Positions 21,627 through 31,532 of a stretch of DNA of 64,000 nucleotides are shown here, in pieces. Under the pieces are notes generated by a model. That model saw only the letters and a program-made list of their open reading frames with translations, made no database searches and had not been told where the DNA came from. Positions within the stretch are counted from its first letter, which is position 1. Every line of letters begins with the position of its first letter. The stretch covers positions 29,662-93,661 of the forward strand of contig JAXHVD010000002.1 of the NCBI GenBank assembly GCA_034189385.1, written 5' to 3'. The stretch comes from Thermodesulfobacteriota bacterium. Lineage in GTDB: Bacteria > Desulfobacterota > Desulfobacteria > Desulfobacterales > C00003060. A program made the translations under genes and the position numbers.

Positions 21627-22301
21627 ATGTACGTCGGTAGAGTCATGCGTACAGATTTGGTAACAGTGCCCCCTGACACGTCGCTAGTCAAAGCAAAGGA
21701 TATTATCACTGCCAAACGGATTGCCCATCTCTTGGTGGTAGACAAGAAAGACAAACTGGTTGGCATTGTCTCCGACAGGGACCTTAAGCAAAGTTGGGCA
21801 TCACCGGCAACAACACTGAGCGCTCATGAGCTGAACTATCTCTTGAAGCAGTTGTCCGTGGATATGATCATGGTAAAGAAGATTGTGACCATCCCGCCCG
21901 ACACCACCATTGAACGTGCCGCCCATATCATGCAAGAGAATAGGATTAGTGCCCTTCCAGTCCTACAGAATGAGGAACTTGTTGGGATCATCACCACCAC
22001 GGACGTCATGGAGATTCTTCTTGAGGCCATTGGCATTGATGGGGAAAGCAAGCGTTTTACTGTCTTGGTGGAGGATCGCATCGGTATCGTGGCGGAGGTG
22101 TCAAGAGTCCTGAAGGAGCAACAGGTCAACATCCGAAGCCTGGTCACTTGGCCTGAGAAAGGGAGATCTGGCGTCTACCACCTGGTCATGAGAGTGGCTG
22201 CGGCCCACGGAGAAAAGGCTGTTTCCGCTTTGACCACGGCGGGATACAAGGTGTTGACAGAATACGTTGAGGATCTCAGCCCATACTTGCCAAAACCATA
22301 G
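21627..22301 (+). CDS. CBS-pair + ACT domain protein (AcuB-like)
   Basis: Two CBS repeats (LVGIVSDRDL, LVGIITTTDV) and C-terminal ACT (VEDRIGIVAEV..VNIRS); AAGGAGG RBS. Confidence 0.9.
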   Translation: MYVGRVMRTDLVTVPPDTSLVKAKDIITAKRIAHLLVVDKKDKLVGIVSDRDLKQSWASPATTLSAHELNYLLKQLSVDMIMVKKIVTIPPDTTIERAAHIMQENRISALPVLQNEELVGIITTTDVMEILLEAIGIDGESKRFTVLVEDRIGIVAEVSRVLKEQQVNIRSLVTWPEKGRSGVYHLVMRVAAAHGEKAVSALTTAGYKVLTEYVEDLSPYLPKP

Positions 22302-22352
22302 CCCGTTCGCGCCCTCTTCATCCCTCGCACAGTCTTGACAGCAGGTGTACCT

Positions 22353-23981
22353 ATGTCTGGCCGCAGCAAAAGCGTATTGCTCCTGTATGCTGACAAGTAC
22401 TACTTGCTCAACCAGGTGTTTCCAGCTGGTCTGGACCGCATTTCCAGGCATGTGAGAAAACGCGGTCACAGGGTAGTGATGGCACATCCTTTTCTGCCGG
22501 ATAGAGATTACAAGAGAAACATCAGAGAGGCTATTAGGCGCACAGAGCCAGATTGTGTCGGTATCGGGATCCGTAACCTTGATACGTGCATGTCGTGTGA
22601 ACAATATGGAGACTTCGAGGGACGTGATTATCGAACGTTCTATTTTCTCCCTCAAATAAAGGAAGTCGTTTTGGAGATCAAAAACACGATTCCTCGCGTC
22701 CCTGTGGTGGTAGGCGGGGGCGCCTTCACGATGGCGCCAGTTGCTATACTCACCTATCTGGGGCTCGACTACGGGATTGTGGGCGAAGGGGAAGAGCCCT
22801 TCTGCCAGTTCATAGAAGCCTTTCCTGATGAAGAGAAGATAAGGCAGATACCGAACATGGTTTACCCATGCCACGATGGCCACAAGGTGAACCGTCGCAA
22901 ACCGTACAGCTTCGATACAGATCTAACCCTGGAGAATAGAGATGACGGATTCGACTTCGCCCTTCAGGCCACAGGGGTCCCAGTCCAGGTAAAGCGGGGT
23001 TGCCACCACAGGTGCAGCTACTGCGTGGAACCCTTGATTGAGGGTAGGCAGTTTGTCTTCAGGCCCATCGAGAGTGTCATCAACGAGCTTAAGACCATGG
23101 CGGAGGTGGAGGCTGCTGATCGGGTCTTCTTTGTAGATACTGAGTTTAATGTCCCGGATCTAAGGCATGGAACTGCCCTTGTGCAAGCCCTCTTAAGGGA
23201 AGGGCTTCATGAGCGCTTCCGTTTTGTCACCCAGTTGATACCCAAACCCTTTGATGGCTTCTTTGCCGCCCTCCTTGCTGAAGCACATTTCTCCGTTGTC
23301 TTTTCCTGCGAGAGCTTTTCGAACGCTGTGCTGGAAAACAACTGCATCTCCTATGGCGAAAAGGAGATCATAGGCGCTATAGAAGCCAGCGAAAGCGCCG
23401 GCCTTCACTCTACTGTCTCGCTCATATTTGGGCTTCCTGGAGAAGACTACAAGACCATGGATCACACCCTGTCAAGAATGAAGCAGTACCCCGCAGGTCC
23501 TCTGCGGGACTACGAGTACACGATCGGCGGTAGGATCTACGAGGGTACGCCCTTGTGTGAATATGTTGAAAAGAAGCGCCCCTTAAAGAACCTGTATGGG
23601 AAGAAGTCTTTCGGGTATTTGTTGCCCTATTACTTCTGTGCTCCGGCTAGTCCTTTCAGGGTCCATGAATATGTCAAAGCGGGCTCGTCAGACATGTTGT
23701 GCTATCACAACAGATACGACGACGGGGACGTTGAGGAAGTGGCCATAGGCTATTTGAGCGATCATGGGCTTTGGGGGGATGCTGTAGAGCGTTTTAGGGA
23801 AAGTGACGTAAGGGTTCAGTCAGGTATATACGATTATCTCTTTAAGAAACTCCTGCATTTTGGAAGACAAGATGACGCCGGGGACATTTCCAGAGCCATG
23901 TTGGAGAAGATGTCGGGTGCTGGTGCTCAGATTGATTCTGGGCAGGTCGAGGTGGCTCAGTTCTACCTGAGCCTTTTATAA
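22353..23981 (+). CDS. Cobalamin-binding radical SAM enzyme
   Basis: B12-binding N-domain (VGIGIRNLD, VVVGGGAF, GEGE), KRGCHHRCSYC motif, FFVDTEFN, FGLPGE; helical C-terminal extension. Confidence 0.88.
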   Translation: MSGRSKSVLLLYADKYYLLNQVFPAGLDRISRHVRKRGHRVVMAHPFLPDRDYKRNIREAIRRTEPDCVGIGIRNLDTCMSCEQYGDFEGRDYRTFYFLPQIKEVVLEIKNTIPRVPVVVGGGAFTMAPVAILTYLGLDYGIVGEGEEPFCQFIEAFPDEEKIRQIPNMVYPCHDGHKVNRRKPYSFDTDLTLENRDDGFDFALQATGVPVQVKRGCHHRCSYCVEPLIEGRQFVFRPIESVINELKTMAEVEAADRVFFVDTEFNVPDLRHGTALVQALLREGLHERFRFVTQLIPKPFDGFFAALLAEAHFSVVFSCESFSNAVLENNCISYGEKEIIGAIEASESAGLHSTVSLIFGLPGEDYKTMDHTLSRMKQYPAGPLRDYEYTIGGRIYEGTPLCEYVEKKRPLKNLYGKKSFGYLLPYYFCAPASPFRVHEYVKAGSSDMLCYHNRYDDGDVEEVAIGYLSDHGLWGDAVERFRESDVRVQSGIYDYLFKKLLHFGRQDDAGDISRAMLEKMSGAGAQIDSGQVEVAQFYLSLL

Positions 23982-24066
23982 GGGCATCTGCACGCCTGGA
24001 AATCGCCTGTCCCGTGGGTGAAGGAAACAAAATGGGGGAGAGGAAGCATTCTTTATTGTGGGGAAG

Positions 24067-24942
24067 ATGAAGGAAGCAGTTGCCATTATCGGTTGTGGGA
24101 TTGTAGGCTCTGCCATGGGAAAACTCCTTGCCAGGGCAGGGTACCGCATCACAGGTGTTGCTACGAGAAGCCTAGAGACTGCCCAAAGAGCCGCCAGGGC
24201 CGTTGGCGCGGAGCGCTTCTCGGACTGTCCTTGGGATATGAGCCAAGGCGCCCAAGTGGTGTTCATCACTACTCCTGACGACGCCATACAATCGACCTGT
24301 GAGGCCATTGCCTCCCATAAGGGAGTAGCAACGGGCGCAGTGGTCATGCATTGCAGCGGTGCCCTTTCCTCTCAAGTCCTCTCCTCTGCCAGGGACTGTG
24401 GGGCGGCCGTGGCGACCCTTCATCCCCTTCAGAGCTTTGCATCTGTGGATCAGGCGGAAAGACTGGTGCCCGGGTCTTTCTGTGCCGTTGAAGGCGATGA
24501 AGAGGCGTTGCCTGTTGTGTGCCAGATTGTGAGCGACCTGGGCGGTGTGCTCATGGAGATAACCCCTGAAGGGAAAACCCTGTACCATGCAGCAGCCGTG
24601 GTAGCGTCAAACTATCTGGTGCTCCTCATGCATCTTGCCCTGGAGTTGAACCGTGTGGCGGGAGTGTCTCCGGAACTCTCCTTTAAGGCCCTTCAACCTC
24701 TCATCAGGGGGACGCTCAGTAATATTGACGCAAGGGGCATCCCTGAGGCCCTGACTGGTCCTATAGCCAGGGGGGATGTGGACACAGTGGCGGCCCATGT
24801 GGAGGCCATTGAAGAACAGGCACCTGAATTGCTTGTGCTGTACAGAACCCTTGGTCGGTATGCCCTTGGCCTTGCCAAGGAAAAAGGAGCCCTGAGCAAG
24901 GAGGAATTAGAAAAACTCATTGCCCTTCTTGGGAAACGATAG
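24067..24942 (+). CDS. Rossmann-like + DUF2520 oxidoreductase (PanG-like)
   Basis: IIGCGIVG, ITTPDD, HCSGA, LHPLQSF, YHAAAVVASNY, LTGPIARGD. Confidence 0.9.
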   Translation: MKEAVAIIGCGIVGSAMGKLLARAGYRITGVATRSLETAQRAARAVGAERFSDCPWDMSQGAQVVFITTPDDAIQSTCEAIASHKGVATGAVVMHCSGALSSQVLSSARDCGAAVATLHPLQSFASVDQAERLVPGSFCAVEGDEEALPVVCQIVSDLGGVLMEITPEGKTLYHAAAVVASNYLVLLMHLALELNRVAGVSPELSFKALQPLIRGTLSNIDARGIPEALTGPIARGDVDTVAAHVEAIEEQAPELLVLYRTLGRYALGLAKEKGALSKEELEKLIALLGKR

Positions 24943-25015
24943 TTGGCCCACCCGGGCGTCACAAGAAGGCCCAAGTGACATCCTGAATATTGCCCGGCTG
25001 AGGTTTTCGTTGGAA

Positions 25016-25057
25016 ATCCAGGATCGAGGATCGAGTATTCAGCAACCAGTATCAAAA
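25016..25057 (+). repeat. Degenerate heptamer tandem repeat (ATCSAGK-like x6)
   Basis: atccagg atcgagg atcgagt attcagc aaccagt atcaaaa, immediately upstream of the nupC-like gene. Confidence 0.5.
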
Positions 25058-25068
25058 GGCAGTCACTC

Positions 25069-26340
25069 ATGGCGTTGCATAGACTTACCAGCCTTTTTGG
25101 GCTTTTTGTCCTCATGTTTCTGGCATGGCTGGTAGCCAGGGACAAGAAGAACATCAACTTTAGGTTGATCTGTACCGGTTTGCTGTTGCAGTCTCTCTTT
25201 GCCTTGATTGTCTTCAGGCTCCCGGCGGGGGTTGTGGTTTTCTCTTGGTTAAATGATGTTGTGCTTAGAGTCATTTCCTTTGCCAAAGAGGGAACATACT
25301 TTCTGTTTGGGCCCCTGGCAGTGGGCCCTGGAGAGACCGGCCCCAGGGGAGAGACGTCTGTGGGTTTTATCCTTGCCTTCCAGGTCCTTCCGTCCATCAT
25401 ATTCTTCTCGTCACTCGTTTCACTGTTTTATTATCTCAATGTGGTGCCAGCCCTGATCAGGGTCTTTTCCAGGATCTTCGCCTATTTGATGCAGATCAGT
25501 GGGGCAGAGGCCTTGTGCGCTTCGAGCAACATATTTGTGGGGGTTGAGTCTGCCCTCACAATCCGACCCTATATCCAGGACCTGACCACATCGGAGCTCT
25601 GCACGGTCCTTGCTGCAGGCATGGGCACCATTGCCTCCACCGTACTTGCCCTATATGTGGGATTCTTGCACATGGAGTTTCCGTCCATAGCTGGGCACCT
25701 TATATCAGCTTCGGTCATTAGCGCACCTGCGGCCATTATCATGTCAAAGCTAGTGGTGCCTGAGACAGAGAAGCCAAAGACACTGGGAATAAGCGTGACG
25801 GTGGAAAAAGACAGGCGGTCCACAACCTGGATAGAATCCATCATCAATGGGGCCAACGATGGCATGAAACTCTGTGTGGGAATTATGACTCTGTTGCTGG
25901 CCTTTCTGGGGCTCCTTTCTTTGTGCAACTGGCTTCTGGGAATAATAGGGAGCCAAGTGTTGGGGATGGATCTCTCCCTGCAAGTCATTCTGAAGTATCT
26001 TTACTATCCCTTGACGGTCGTCATGGGAGTGCCTCTTGAGGACGCAGGCGCCGTGGCCACCCTCCTTGGTGAAAGGACCATCGTTACAGAGGTGGTGGCT
26101 TACCAACACTTAAATCAGCTTATTCAGGAAGGGGCGTTAACAAACCTTCGGAGCATTACTATTGCCTCCTATGCCCTTTGCGGGTTTGCCCACATTGCCT
26201 CCCTGGCGATTTTTGTGGGCGGCTTTTCCGTCCTTGCACCCACCAGGGCCAAAGACCTGGCAAAGGTTGCCTTTCGTGCCCTTTACTCTGCCACCGTCGC
26301 CTGCCTCATGACAGGCTGCGTGGCAGGGTTGTTTGCCTAG
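25069..26340 (+). CDS. nupC: Concentrative nucleoside transporter (CNT/NupC family)
   Basis: FQVLPSIIFFSSL, NIFVG, GMGTIA, YALCGFAHIASLAI. Confidence 0.92.
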   Translation: MALHRLTSLFGLFVLMFLAWLVARDKKNINFRLICTGLLLQSLFALIVFRLPAGVVVFSWLNDVVLRVISFAKEGTYFLFGPLAVGPGETGPRGETSVGFILAFQVLPSIIFFSSLVSLFYYLNVVPALIRVFSRIFAYLMQISGAEALCASSNIFVGVESALTIRPYIQDLTTSELCTVLAAGMGTIASTVLALYVGFLHMEFPSIAGHLISASVISAPAAIIMSKLVVPETEKPKTLGISVTVEKDRRSTTWIESIINGANDGMKLCVGIMTLLLAFLGLLSLCNWLLGIIGSQVLGMDLSLQVILKYLYYPLTVVMGVPLEDAGAVATLLGERTIVTEVVAYQHLNQLIQEGALTNLRSITIASYALCGFAHIASLAIFVGGFSVLAPTRAKDLAKVAFRALYSATVACLMTGCVAGLFA

Positions 26341-26752
26341 GGAGCCTTCACAGAACTCCCAATTTTCCCCTGCCATGAGCTTCTTGACCCATCTATGACA
26401 CCCTTCCAAAGAGCTGGTTGATGATGCGCCCTGCAAAGCGCTTCAATGCATTGGAAGCAGAGCCATAAGCTCATCAACGTTTTCTCATATGAACAAATTT
26501 GATGGATTCGTAAAAACTCGCCACTCCGGTAAAAACCCAAGTCCAGGCCATGTATAATGGTTTGAATAGACTGGATTCCAGCCTCCGCCTGCCTGCACAT
26601 TGACCAGATCATAACATTTCCGGTGTTGCCACCCGTTGCTACGACGAATTTGTTGTGCTGTTTACGGGAAGCTACGATAATGTTATTTTTACTCGGTTGC
26701 CAGCCATCAAAACATGGCGCGTTTTTCTGGTACAACCAATTAAAATAATTAG

Positions 26753-27184
<432 letters not shown>

Positions 27185-27263
27185 TCACCCTTACTTTGAG
27201 CGGTCTGAACCGTTATCTGTGTTGAATAATGAATTTTAGGAATAGCAGAAAGGAGAAGAGACA

Positions 27264-28691
27264 ATGAAGGCGTGGACAAAAAACCTGATCTATTTGGCAA
27301 CAGGGATTTTTTTTGCAATCCCCGTGATGGCCTGGGGTTCAGATGAAGCCCCAACCATTGCTGGCAACGCTGAGGCCATTGCCGCCGTACAGACCCATGC
27401 GGACTATCTGTGGACCTTGATCGCTGCTGCCTTGGTCTTCTTTATGCAGGCCGGGTTTGCCATGGTGGAGACAGGCTTTACCAGGGCCAAGAACGCCGTC
27501 AATATCCTCATGAAGAATCTTATGGATTTTTCCATGGGTTCCATTGCGTTCTGGGCCATCGGCTTTGGCCTGATGTTTGGGGCCACCAGTACAGGGTGGT
27601 TCGGCACTTCCGGGTTTTTCTTGAGTGACTTTTCCCCGGGCGATGATCCATGGGTGCTGGCCTTCTGGATGTTCCAGGCCGTCTTTTGCGCCACGGCAGC
27701 CACCATTGTGTCAGGGGCCATGGCTGAAAGGACGAAGTTTGTGGGGTACTTGGCATACAGCGCCCTTCTGAGTGCCATCATATATCCTATTTTTGGGAGC
27801 TGGGCCTGGGGCAGTCTATTCAACGGCAGCGGCTGGCTTGAAAATTTGGGATTCATCGATTTTGCTGGCTCCACGGTGGTCCACTCCGTTGGCGGATGGG
27901 TGGCCCTAGCAGGTGCCATCGTCCTTGGGCCCCGGATCGGAAAGTACACGAAAGAGGGCAAGATCAAACCGATCCCCGGTCACAACATGCCTCTGGCTGC
28001 ACTTGGGGTCTTTATCCTGTGGTTGGGGTGGTTTGGCTTCAACCCTGGTTCCACCACGGCTGCCAACAAAGACATTGCCATGATCTTTGTGAATACAAAC
28101 CTAGCTGCTGCTGCGGGTGCCATCCTGGCCATGATCACGGCCTGGATGAAGTTTAAGAAACCGGACGCCGGCATGAGCTTGAACGGGGCCCTGGCAGGCC
28201 TGGTAGCCATTACAAGCCCTTGTGCCACCGTCACGCCGATGAGTGCCATTATCATAGGGGCGGCTGCCGGTGTGCTCGTGGTCCTCTCAGTGCTCTTTTT
28301 CGACCGCATTAGAGTAGACGACCCGGTCGGGGCCATTTCAGTGCACGGTGTCTGCGGCGCCTGGGGGACCCTGGCTGCCGGCCTATTCAACATGGGAGGG
28401 ACCTCTGCCAAGATCATCGGGGTTCAGCTCCTAGGCATCAGCTCCTGTTTTGTCTGGGCCTTTGGGACGGGATTTATCATGTTTAAAGTCATTGAAAAAA
28501 CCGTGGGCCTTCGCGTCAGCCCAGAGGAAGAGATGGAAGGCCTTGACTACGGTGAGCACCGTGCCAATGCCTATCCTGATTTCCAGATTAGCAGTCCAGT
28601 GTGGGCACCTCCGGCCCCACAAGGCCATGCAGTAGAGAAAGCACAGGTCCTTTCAGAAGCCATCCGGCCTGCAAGTGAGCCGGCCGTATGA
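27264..28691 (+). CDS. amtB: Ammonium transporter
   Basis: FMQAGF, DFAGSTVVH, WFGFNPGS, DDPVGAISVHG (twin His); signal peptide; Pro-rich C-terminal tail. Confidence 0.97.
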   Translation: MKAWTKNLIYLATGIFFAIPVMAWGSDEAPTIAGNAEAIAAVQTHADYLWTLIAAALVFFMQAGFAMVETGFTRAKNAVNILMKNLMDFSMGSIAFWAIGFGLMFGATSTGWFGTSGFFLSDFSPGDDPWVLAFWMFQAVFCATAATIVSGAMAERTKFVGYLAYSALLSAIIYPIFGSWAWGSLFNGSGWLENLGFIDFAGSTVVHSVGGWVALAGAIVLGPRIGKYTKEGKIKPIPGHNMPLAALGVFILWLGWFGFNPGSTTAANKDIAMIFVNTNLAAAAGAILAMITAWMKFKKPDAGMSLNGALAGLVAITSPCATVTPMSAIIIGAAAGVLVVLSVLFFDRIRVDDPVGAISVHGVCGAWGTLAAGLFNMGGTSAKIIGVQLLGISSCFVWAFGTGFIMFKVIEKTVGLRVSPEEEMEGLDYGEHRANAYPDFQISSPVWAPPAPQGHAVEKAQVLSEAIRPASEPAV

Positions 28692-28704
28692 ATTCTGCCA
28701 TAAA

Positions 28705-28762
28705 ACAGCCGTCCCGTCACTTTGCGGGATGGCTGTCATTCCTTTCCCTGAAGGGAAAGGAA
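28705..28762 (+). other. Two adjacent GC hairpins between amtB and the porin gene
   Basis: ACAGCCGTCCCG/CGGGATGGCTGT (28705-28736) and TTCCTTTCCC-TGAA-GGGAAAGGAA (28739-28762); no clear U-tract. Confidence 0.55.
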
Positions 28763-28863
28763 CAAGGACGTGGCTCATAGACTAGCAATAGCGTTTTTTC
28801 GAAGAACCTCATCTGATGAACAGAAAAACAAAAAAGGAAATTGAAAGGAGCGAAAAGCGAATA

Positions 28864-29679
28864 ATGAAGAAAAACAGTCTGATAAGGAGCCCTCTAACGG
28901 TTGTTGCAGCGCTGATACTCACCGTATCTTTTACTTTACCGGCATCTGCTGAGGTGGAGACGCCTTCTGCAGATCTATCTGTTGCTGTCCTGAGCGCTTA
29001 CATCTGGCGCGGCCTGGAGTTGAGCAACGACAGCATCGTCATTCAGCCCTCTATGACAGTGGGCTACAAGGGTTTTTCCGCCAACGTTTGGGGAAACCTG
29101 GACACCGATCCCCACGAGAATCTGGGAGGCGGGACGAACAACTGGAATGAGACGGATTTCACCTTGGCCTATGGAAAGGACTTCGGGTCTTTGAGCTCGG
29201 AGCTCGGCTACATCTATTATGCCTTGAACGGCGAGGAAGATATCGACGATTCCCAGGAGCTATACCTAAGCCTCGGTTTGGATACGGTGCTCTCTCCCAC
29301 ATTGACAATCTATAGGGAGTTTGCACACTACCCAGGCTGGTACATCCTCTTGGGGATCTCTCATGCCTTTGAACTGAAAGACAACATCTCTTTGGAGCTT
29401 GCCGGATCTGTGAGCTACCTCTCGGGTGACGAGGAAGATGATTACCCGGAGTACGATGACGATGGGATGGAAACAGGAGACGAGTTCAACAATCTCCATG
29501 ACGCCACAATTTCCGCAAGCCTTCCCATCGCGGTGACAGAATATGTCACTGTCACTCCCTCCATTACATACGTCTTTCCTCTCTCAAGCGATGCTGAAGA
29601 CCGCATGGAGGCCCTAAGCGTTGAGGGAGACAAAAAGGACTTCTTCTACGGAGGGGTGACAGCCAGCTTTGCGTTCTAA
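28864..29679 (+). CDS. Outer-membrane beta-barrel, TorF/Gcw_chp-like putative porin
   Basis: Signal peptide (LPASA), SAYIWRG, NVWGN, ETDFTLAY, GYIYY, C-terminal GGVTASFAF; very acidic loops. Confidence 0.8.
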   Translation: MKKNSLIRSPLTVVAALILTVSFTLPASAEVETPSADLSVAVLSAYIWRGLELSNDSIVIQPSMTVGYKGFSANVWGNLDTDPHENLGGGTNNWNETDFTLAYGKDFGSLSSELGYIYYALNGEEDIDDSQELYLSLGLDTVLSPTLTIYREFAHYPGWYILLGISHAFELKDNISLELAGSVSYLSGDEEDDYPEYDDDGMETGDEFNNLHDATISASLPIAVTEYVTVTPSITYVFPLSSDAEDRMEALSVEGDKKDFFYGGVTASFAF

Positions 29680-29725
29680 CTTGTTAGGTCTGTGGGCCTT
29701 GGACTGCGCGGTCTAGGGAGAGGTG

Positions 29726-29784
29726 GTGGTGCGGCCCCTTTAAGTCCCCGTCGATTCATCAGAGAATTCTGGGGGCCGCACCAC
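29726..29784. other. 13-bp perfect inverted repeat (stem-loop)
   Basis: GTGGTGCGGCCCC (29726-29738) / GGGGCCGCACCAC (29772-29784), 33-nt loop, after the porin stop. Confidence 0.55.
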
Positions 29785-29868
29785 AACACCGAGGAGAGCT
29801 GGTGCCTTGTACAAGGCCAAAGGCGGACAACAATGCTAAGCTACTTACTTGGCGGGAGACTTTGACCC

Positions 29869-30648
29869 ATGTCCATGGATTTTCTTGTCTTACAACACCT
29901 GTCCTGGGAAGGACCGGGGAGACATCTGATCCGCGCCGCCAAAAAGCACGGCGCCCATCTCCACATGGTGAAGGTCTGGCGCGAACCCATCCCTGACGTG
30001 GGGGGGTATGACGGGCTCATTGTATTGGGAGGCAGTCCCAATGTGGATCAGGAAGAAGCCTATCCCTTTCTAAGGGCCGAGAAAGAACGTATTCGCCGTG
30101 TCATAGATGAAGAGATGGCCTATCTGGGGTTTTGCCTGGGCCATCAGCTTCTGGCCCATGCCCTGGGCGCAAGGGTCGGTCCCAACTTCTGCAGGAGCGT
30201 GGGCTTCACCCTGGGCCATCTTACCAAGGAAGGCCGGAAACATCCGGTCTTCAAAGACTCGCCCCGGTCTTTTCAGCTCTTCAAGTGGCATTCCCAGGCG
30301 GTGTTGCCGCCTGTCCCCAAGGAAGTGGAGGTCCTTGTCACTTCCCCGGCCTGTCAGGTAGAGGCCATCTCCGTCCAGGGGCGACCCCATGTCCTGGGCC
30401 TTCAGTTTGACAATCAGTCTGCCACGGTTTCCGATATTCGCCTTTGGCTTGAAGCAGACGAGGAATGGCTGTCCCAGCCTCCGGGCATCGATCCAACAGC
30501 CGTGCTTAGAGACGCTTCAAGATACCAGACAGCAGTGGGTTTGCAGTTTCAAACCCTTTTCAGCAACTACCTCAACTTGATTTCACGATACCCCAAAAGA
30601 CTCTCTGTTACCTCAGAAGCGTCCATGCCAGAGGCACCCATGGCTTAA
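29869..30648 (+). CDS. Class I glutamine amidotransferase-like protein with degenerate triad
   Basis: LQHLSWEGPG, LIVLGGS, nucleophile elbow GFCLGHQ, FKWH; GLQFDNQ where GxQFHPE is expected. Confidence 0.85.
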   Translation: MSMDFLVLQHLSWEGPGRHLIRAAKKHGAHLHMVKVWREPIPDVGGYDGLIVLGGSPNVDQEEAYPFLRAEKERIRRVIDEEMAYLGFCLGHQLLAHALGARVGPNFCRSVGFTLGHLTKEGRKHPVFKDSPRSFQLFKWHSQAVLPPVPKEVEVLVTSPACQVEAISVQGRPHVLGLQFDNQSATVSDIRLWLEADEEWLSQPPGIDPTAVLRDASRYQTAVGLQFQTLFSNYLNLISRYPKRLSVTSEASMPEAPMA

Positions 30649-31011
30649 GAGAAAGACTGCCATGCTCAGGAAGGTGGCGGTCAGTCTCGTGAAGAGAGCA
30701 CGAGACCATGCCTTGCCAGTGACAGGGGAAAGGATTGCCAGATGCCTATGGACTGTGGTATGTTCATATACGTCTTGTTCATGGATGTATGGTCGGGTGA
30801 CCCCCTTTCTTATCAAAAGGGTTCGGGGTCGGCGTGATCGGACAGGGAGGCGTGATACCTTCTCGTCTCTGCCGGGATGTAGAGACTGAGGTGCTGTGGA
30901 AGTATAACGCGAGCTGGGGAATCTGAAAAGGAAGGGGGATGGAGCAGGGGGATTAGGGATACCAAGGTGCTGGGGAAGACCAGAAAAGGGTTTTTCAAAG
31001 GGAGGACCTGA

Positions 31012-31503
31012 ATGAGTTACCCCAAATCAGAGTTCCTGAAAGAGAACATACTCATCTTGTTGAGCAGGTACGATCTTTTTTACTGCAAGGGCAGGGATTG
31101 TATCGAATACTTCATTGAAGACAGAAACAGCCACGAGCAGATCTCCTACGATGTCATATTGTGTCTGGATAGGCCCGCAAGAAGGCTTATCGTTCGCAGG
31201 TTCTGTCCGGAACTCTACAAGCAGGTCGGGTGCCACTACCTTTCTGCTGCATGCTTCTATGTTCTCGTCCATCATTTTGCCCACGAGTATGACCTTCCAA
31301 CGGACTATTCCATCTGTCTTGAAACGCGTCGCGAAACGTATCGGCAGTTCTTTTCCCTGCTAAGAGATTTTCACCTTGAAATAACCACAGCGAAACTGGG
31401 GGTGGCCGTTGAGGTATGTGGGGACTATCCTGACATCGACATAGACACTTCCATGCTACGGAAAACCCAAGTTGAAGCGCAAGACCTCCCCTTTCCGGTC
31501 TGA
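31012..31503 (+). CDS. Hypothetical protein, possibly a divergent GNAT fold
   Basis: GGGAGG RBS; FCPELYKQVG..ICLET..FFSLLRDF is loosely GNAT motif A/B-like. Confidence 0.6.
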   Translation: MSYPKSEFLKENILILLSRYDLFYCKGRDCIEYFIEDRNSHEQISYDVILCLDRPARRLIVRRFCPELYKQVGCHYLSAACFYVLVHHFAHEYDLPTDYSICLETRRETYRQFFSLLRDFHLEITTAKLGVAVEVCGDYPDIDIDTSMLRKTQVEAQDLPFPV

Positions 31504-31532
31504 GACGGCCATGCTGACAGTCCCTTTCAGCC

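Noticed and set aside
29869-30648. Missing glutaminase subunit for the GMP-synthase-like protein at 3503
   Set aside because: It is 25 kb away and lacks the His-x-Glu catalytic pair required for GuaAA activity.
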